From Candidatus Electronema halotolerans (GTDB lineage: Bacteria > Desulfobacterota > Desulfobulbia > Desulfobulbales > Desulfobulbaceae), in assembly GCA_942493095.1 (NCBI GenBank), contig OW818675.1, positions 1,170,001 to 1,202,000 of the forward strand: DNA of 32,000 bases, written 5' to 3'. Below, piece after piece: positions 29,134-32,000 of the stretch. Position 1 is the stretch's first letter. Each line of letters opens with the position of its first letter. Both the position numbers and the translations under genes were made by a program. The notes beneath the pieces were generated by a model. That model was not told where the DNA came from and did not search any database. It saw only the letters and a program-made list of their open reading frames with translations.

Positions 29134-29360
29134 GTACGGGACTCCGGGACGGGGCAAACGCTGTTCGCGGATATCCAATGGATCGACAGCATGGTTGCGG
29201 TCTGATCCTGAGCCTGCTCATCGTCCGACCCTGAGCCTGCAATCGTATTGCGCGAAAGAAAGCTGCTCACCCCTCCCCTCCAGCCGCTCCATGAGGAAGT
29301 CAGCAGCAGGCAAGATATAAAAAAAACTTGAGCAACCAACACACTTGAGAGGTGACTGCC

Positions 29361-30299
29361 ATGAAGAATCTGAGCAAAGGAGATAAATCGCAGGCTTTCT
29401 ACGAACGAACGGTGAAGGAGATGCGGCGTGAGTTGACGTTCCATGAGCAGGCGTTCGGCAAAGATCATCCCAAAGTGGTGAGCACGCTGAACCGGCTGGC
29501 CTCGTTCTGCAAAACGCAAGGCCACCCTGCGGAGGCGGAGCAATACTGGCAGCGGGTGCTGGCAATTGTTGAGCAAACGTACGGCAGAGACCATCTTGAG
29601 ACAGCGTCAGTTCTGATCGAACTGATCGAACTGTATGAAGAGCAGGGCCGCCCTGCGGACGCGGAGCCGCTGTATCAGCGCACCTTGGCAATCTATGAGC
29701 AGGCGCACGGCCCGGCGCACAAGTCTGTGGCGACCACCCTGCACAATCTTGCCCTGGCCTGCAATGCGCAGGGCCGCCCTGATGAGGCGGAAACGCTCCT
29801 GCTCCGCGCTGTGGCCATCTATGAGCAGTTGTTCGGCCCGGAGCATCCACAGCTGGCAGTTCCCCTGAAGAACTTGGCTACAGTGCATTTCAAGCAGGAG
29901 CGCAGCGCGGCGGCCAAGCCGTTCTACGAGCGTTCGCTGGCAATCCGGGAGAAGGAGCTTGGCCCAGAGCATCCGGTGCTCATAGAGCAGATAACCTCGC
30001 TGTCCGCAGTCTATTACGATCTGGGGGATGCTGATGCGGCGGAGCAGCTTATGCAGCGCGCACTGGCAATCAGCGAGAAGGCCTATGGAGCTGCCCACCC
30101 TGTGACAGCCCAGACTCTGAGCTATCTTGCCAGCCTGTATGAAGAGCAGGGCCGCTGCGAGGCAGCGGAAATGCTCTATGAGTGCGCTCTTGTCAGCATC
30201 AAGGCTGCGCTCCCCAGCGGGCATCCTGATTTGCAGCGGTTTCAGGAAAACCACGAGAGACTGAAAGCAAGGCTGGCTTGGCAAAACAGTCAGAGCTGA
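29361..30299 (+). CDS. Tetratricopeptide (kinesin-light-chain-like) repeat protein
   Basis: Multiple ~42-aa units such as LYEEQGRPADAEPLYQRTLAIYEQAHGPAHKSVATTLHNLA; SD gagagg precedes ATG 29361. Confidence 0.88.
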   Translation: MKNLSKGDKSQAFYERTVKEMRRELTFHEQAFGKDHPKVVSTLNRLASFCKTQGHPAEAEQYWQRVLAIVEQTYGRDHLETASVLIELIELYEEQGRPADAEPLYQRTLAIYEQAHGPAHKSVATTLHNLALACNAQGRPDEAETLLLRAVAIYEQLFGPEHPQLAVPLKNLATVHFKQERSAAAKPFYERSLAIREKELGPEHPVLIEQITSLSAVYYDLGDADAAEQLMQRALAISEKAYGAAHPVTAQTLSYLASLYEEQGRCEAAEMLYECALVSIKAALPSGHPDLQRFQENHERLKARLAWQNSQS

Positions 30300-30387
30300 T
30301 CGTTCTCAATGCAGCATGGGCAGGCAGCAGTCAGACCGCAGCGCAATCACTTTTTTTCTGCTGGAAACCAGCAAGGAGCGGGCAGCA

Positions 30388-31182
30388 ATGAAAACACATT
30401 GCAGCAACAAGGGCGGCAGCAGGCCGCAGCGCAGGACAGAGGAGGAGCCGGACGAGAGTCTGCTCTGGGGCATCAATGCAGTGGCTGAGGCCCTGCGCGG
30501 CAGGCCCCGCAGTCTGAGCGAGGTGCTGATTGAAAAGGGCCGGGCCGGAGGCAGGCTGGAGGAGATTATTGAGGCGGCCCGCTCTGCCGGGGTGCGGCTC
30601 CGCTTTGTTGAGCCTGACCGGCTGGGCCTGCCCAAGAGTTGCAGGCACCAAGGGGTTGCGGCCCGCCAGACTGAGGCCGAGCTGCTGCCGCTGGCCGAGC
30701 TGCTGGCCGCCGGGCCGGAGCGCATTCTCCTGCTCGACTCAATTCAGGACCCGCGCAACCTTGGCTCCATCCTCCGCTCGGCCTTGGCCGCAGGCTTCAG
30801 CTCAGTCATTCTCACTGCCGAGCGCAGCGCGCCCTTGAGCGGCACTGTGACCCGCGCCTCTGCCGGAGCGATTGCCCATATGCGCCTTGCCCGCGTGGTC
30901 AATCTGGCCGAGGCTCTGCGCCAGCTCAAGGAGCAGGGCTGGTGGATTTACGGAGCTGTGGCCGAGCCGGAAGTCCAGTCCATCTATCAGACTGATTTCA
31001 GCGGCAGGATCGGCTTGGTCATTGGCAGCGAGGGCAAGGGCATCCGCCCGTTAGTGCGCAAACTCTGCGATCATCTGGTGACTATCCCCATGCCGGGCGC
31101 GTTCAACTCGCTCAACGCCTCAGTTGCCGCCGCCCTGATCATGTTTGAGGCAGTGCGGCAGCGGGCTGACCTTGCGCCGTGA
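30388..31182 (+). CDS. rlmB: TrmH/SpoU-family 23S rRNA (guanosine-2'-O-)-methyltransferase, RlmB type
   Basis: LLLDSIQDPRNLGSILRSALAAGF, VIGSEGKGIRPLVRKLCD and IPMPGAFNSLNASVAAALIMFE motifs; SD AAGGAG before ATG 30388. Confidence 0.92.
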   Translation: MKTHCSNKGGSRPQRRTEEEPDESLLWGINAVAEALRGRPRSLSEVLIEKGRAGGRLEEIIEAARSAGVRLRFVEPDRLGLPKSCRHQGVAARQTEAELLPLAELLAAGPERILLLDSIQDPRNLGSILRSALAAGFSSVILTAERSAPLSGTVTRASAGAIAHMRLARVVNLAEALRQLKEQGWWIYGAVAEPEVQSIYQTDFSGRIGLVIGSEGKGIRPLVRKLCDHLVTIPMPGAFNSLNASVAAALIMFEAVRQRADLAP

Positions 31183-31322
31183 ACGCATCCAATTCCTCGC
31201 CTCGTGCCTGCCCTTTTGGGACTGGTGCTGCGGGATCACCGCTGCCTGCTGGGGCAGACGGAGCAAAGTAAGGACGGATTACCAGTGCTCCCATTCACAG
31301 GCTCTTAGTATGAGGAGGCTCA

Positions 31323-31356
31323 TACGGACAGACATGGGAGGCGCATGTCTGTCGTA
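31323..31356. other. Strong hairpin inside the inverted-repeat segment
   Basis: TACGgACAGACATG-ggaggcg-CATGTCTGTCGTA: 9-bp core stem plus 4 more pairs after a one-base bulge. Confidence 0.65.
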
Positions 31357-31420
31357 TAGCCGGAGCATCATAAAGTGACGAATCATCCTGCTTCGGCTGC
31401 ATGCAAGCAGAGATGTCCTG

Positions 31421-31532
31421 CCGATCAAATGCCTGCATTCGTACCGATCAAATGCATGCATTCGTTCCTATCAAATGCCTGCATTCGTGTCGATCAAATG
31501 CCTGCATTCGTGCCTGTCAAATAAATGACACG
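31421..31532. repeat. Four 23-bp direct repeats plus a degenerate fifth, each with an inner palindrome
   Basis: CCGATCAAATGCCTGCATTCGTA / CCGATCAAATGCATGCATTCGTT / CCTATCAAATGCCTGCATTCGTG / TCGATCAAATGCCTGCATTCGTG / CCTGTCAAATaaatgacacg. Confidence 0.92.
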
Positions 31533-31646
31533 AGGAATAGTCAGGCTATCCGGCTTTGACTATATGAGCCTCCTTGCTCTTTGGTGGAGAAGGAAGGCGG
31601 GCGCACAACGCGCCCTTGGCAATGGCGCATCAACCAAGGAGCACCC

Positions 31647-31917
31647 ATGCAATACGTGAAAGAATGCCTGCAACTGCTGTACTGGATTTACTTCAAGCCC
31701 TACACCCTGAAGCAGCATGTACGGGAGATATGCCCGGAGGCAGCCCGGCGATGTGGGGGCAATCCTGCTGGCCGCCTTGACCAAAGGAGAGGCCGTGCCG
31801 CCGGAGCTGAACGCGGCTGCGGCTGTCCTCCTGCGCAAGGAAGTGCTGGTGCAGGAGAACAGCGGCTATGCCTTCAAGGTGCGGCTTATCGGGAAATGGA
31901 TTGCGGCGAGGGGCTGA
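31647..31917 (+). pseudogene. Possible degraded remnant of a larger protein gene (5' and 3' parts in different frames)
   Basis: MQYVKECLQLLYWIYFKPYTLKQHVREICPEAA in one frame after an SD (AAGGAG); GAILLAALTKGEAVPPELNAAAAVLLRKEVLVQENSGYAFKVRLIGKWIAARG* in another. Confidence 0.4.
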
Positions 31918-32000
31918 CTGAGCAATGCCGACTGGAGGACTTTTGCCTTCACTGCTGGGGCTGCATCTCCTGCACCGCCTCTGTCGCCAAGTCGGCCACA

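Larger units (their letters stand above)
31313..31572. repeat. Segment bounded by 12-bp perfect inverted repeats
   Basis: AGGAGGCTCATA (31313-31324) and TATGAGCCTCCT (31561-31572). Confidence 0.6.

Noticed and set aside
31421-31532. CRISPR array
   Set aside because: The 23-bp units are directly abutting with no unique spacers, and no cas genes are present.

Overview
The window looks like a chromosomal segment of a sulfate-reducing or cable-bacterium-like Desulfobulbales relative. That placement is inferred from dsrAB-dsrD plus nif regulators; no database search was run. Left to right: the end of exbB, then exbD and a proline/glutamate-rich tonB-like gene; dsrA-dsrB-dsrD; an SGNH hydrolase; a mazEF-type toxin-antitoxin pair with a textbook promoter; ribH-nusB; a biotinyl-domain-like protein next to a divergent biotin ligase; a minus-strand cluster of LRR-Roc-COR GTPase, response regulator and histidine kinase; nifV-nifA; an MBL hydrolase; Mrp; hflK-hflC; a rhomboid protease; a degraded AlbA_2/RecG-like pseudogene; a probable ABC-three-component (ABC-3C) operon with an MmeI-like type IIL restriction-modification protein; a TPR protein; and rlmB. 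The most interesting signals are: (1) the compact four-gene ABC-3C + MmeI-like operon beside the decayed AlbA_2 gene; (2) the Roc-COR GTPase translationally coupled to a two-component system; (3) two separate non-coding arrays of short palindromes, both with exactly 23-bp spacing, at 13858-13975 and 31421-31532. The second array sits inside a ~260-bp segment bounded by 12-bp inverted repeats. All family assignments come from recognising motifs by eye.
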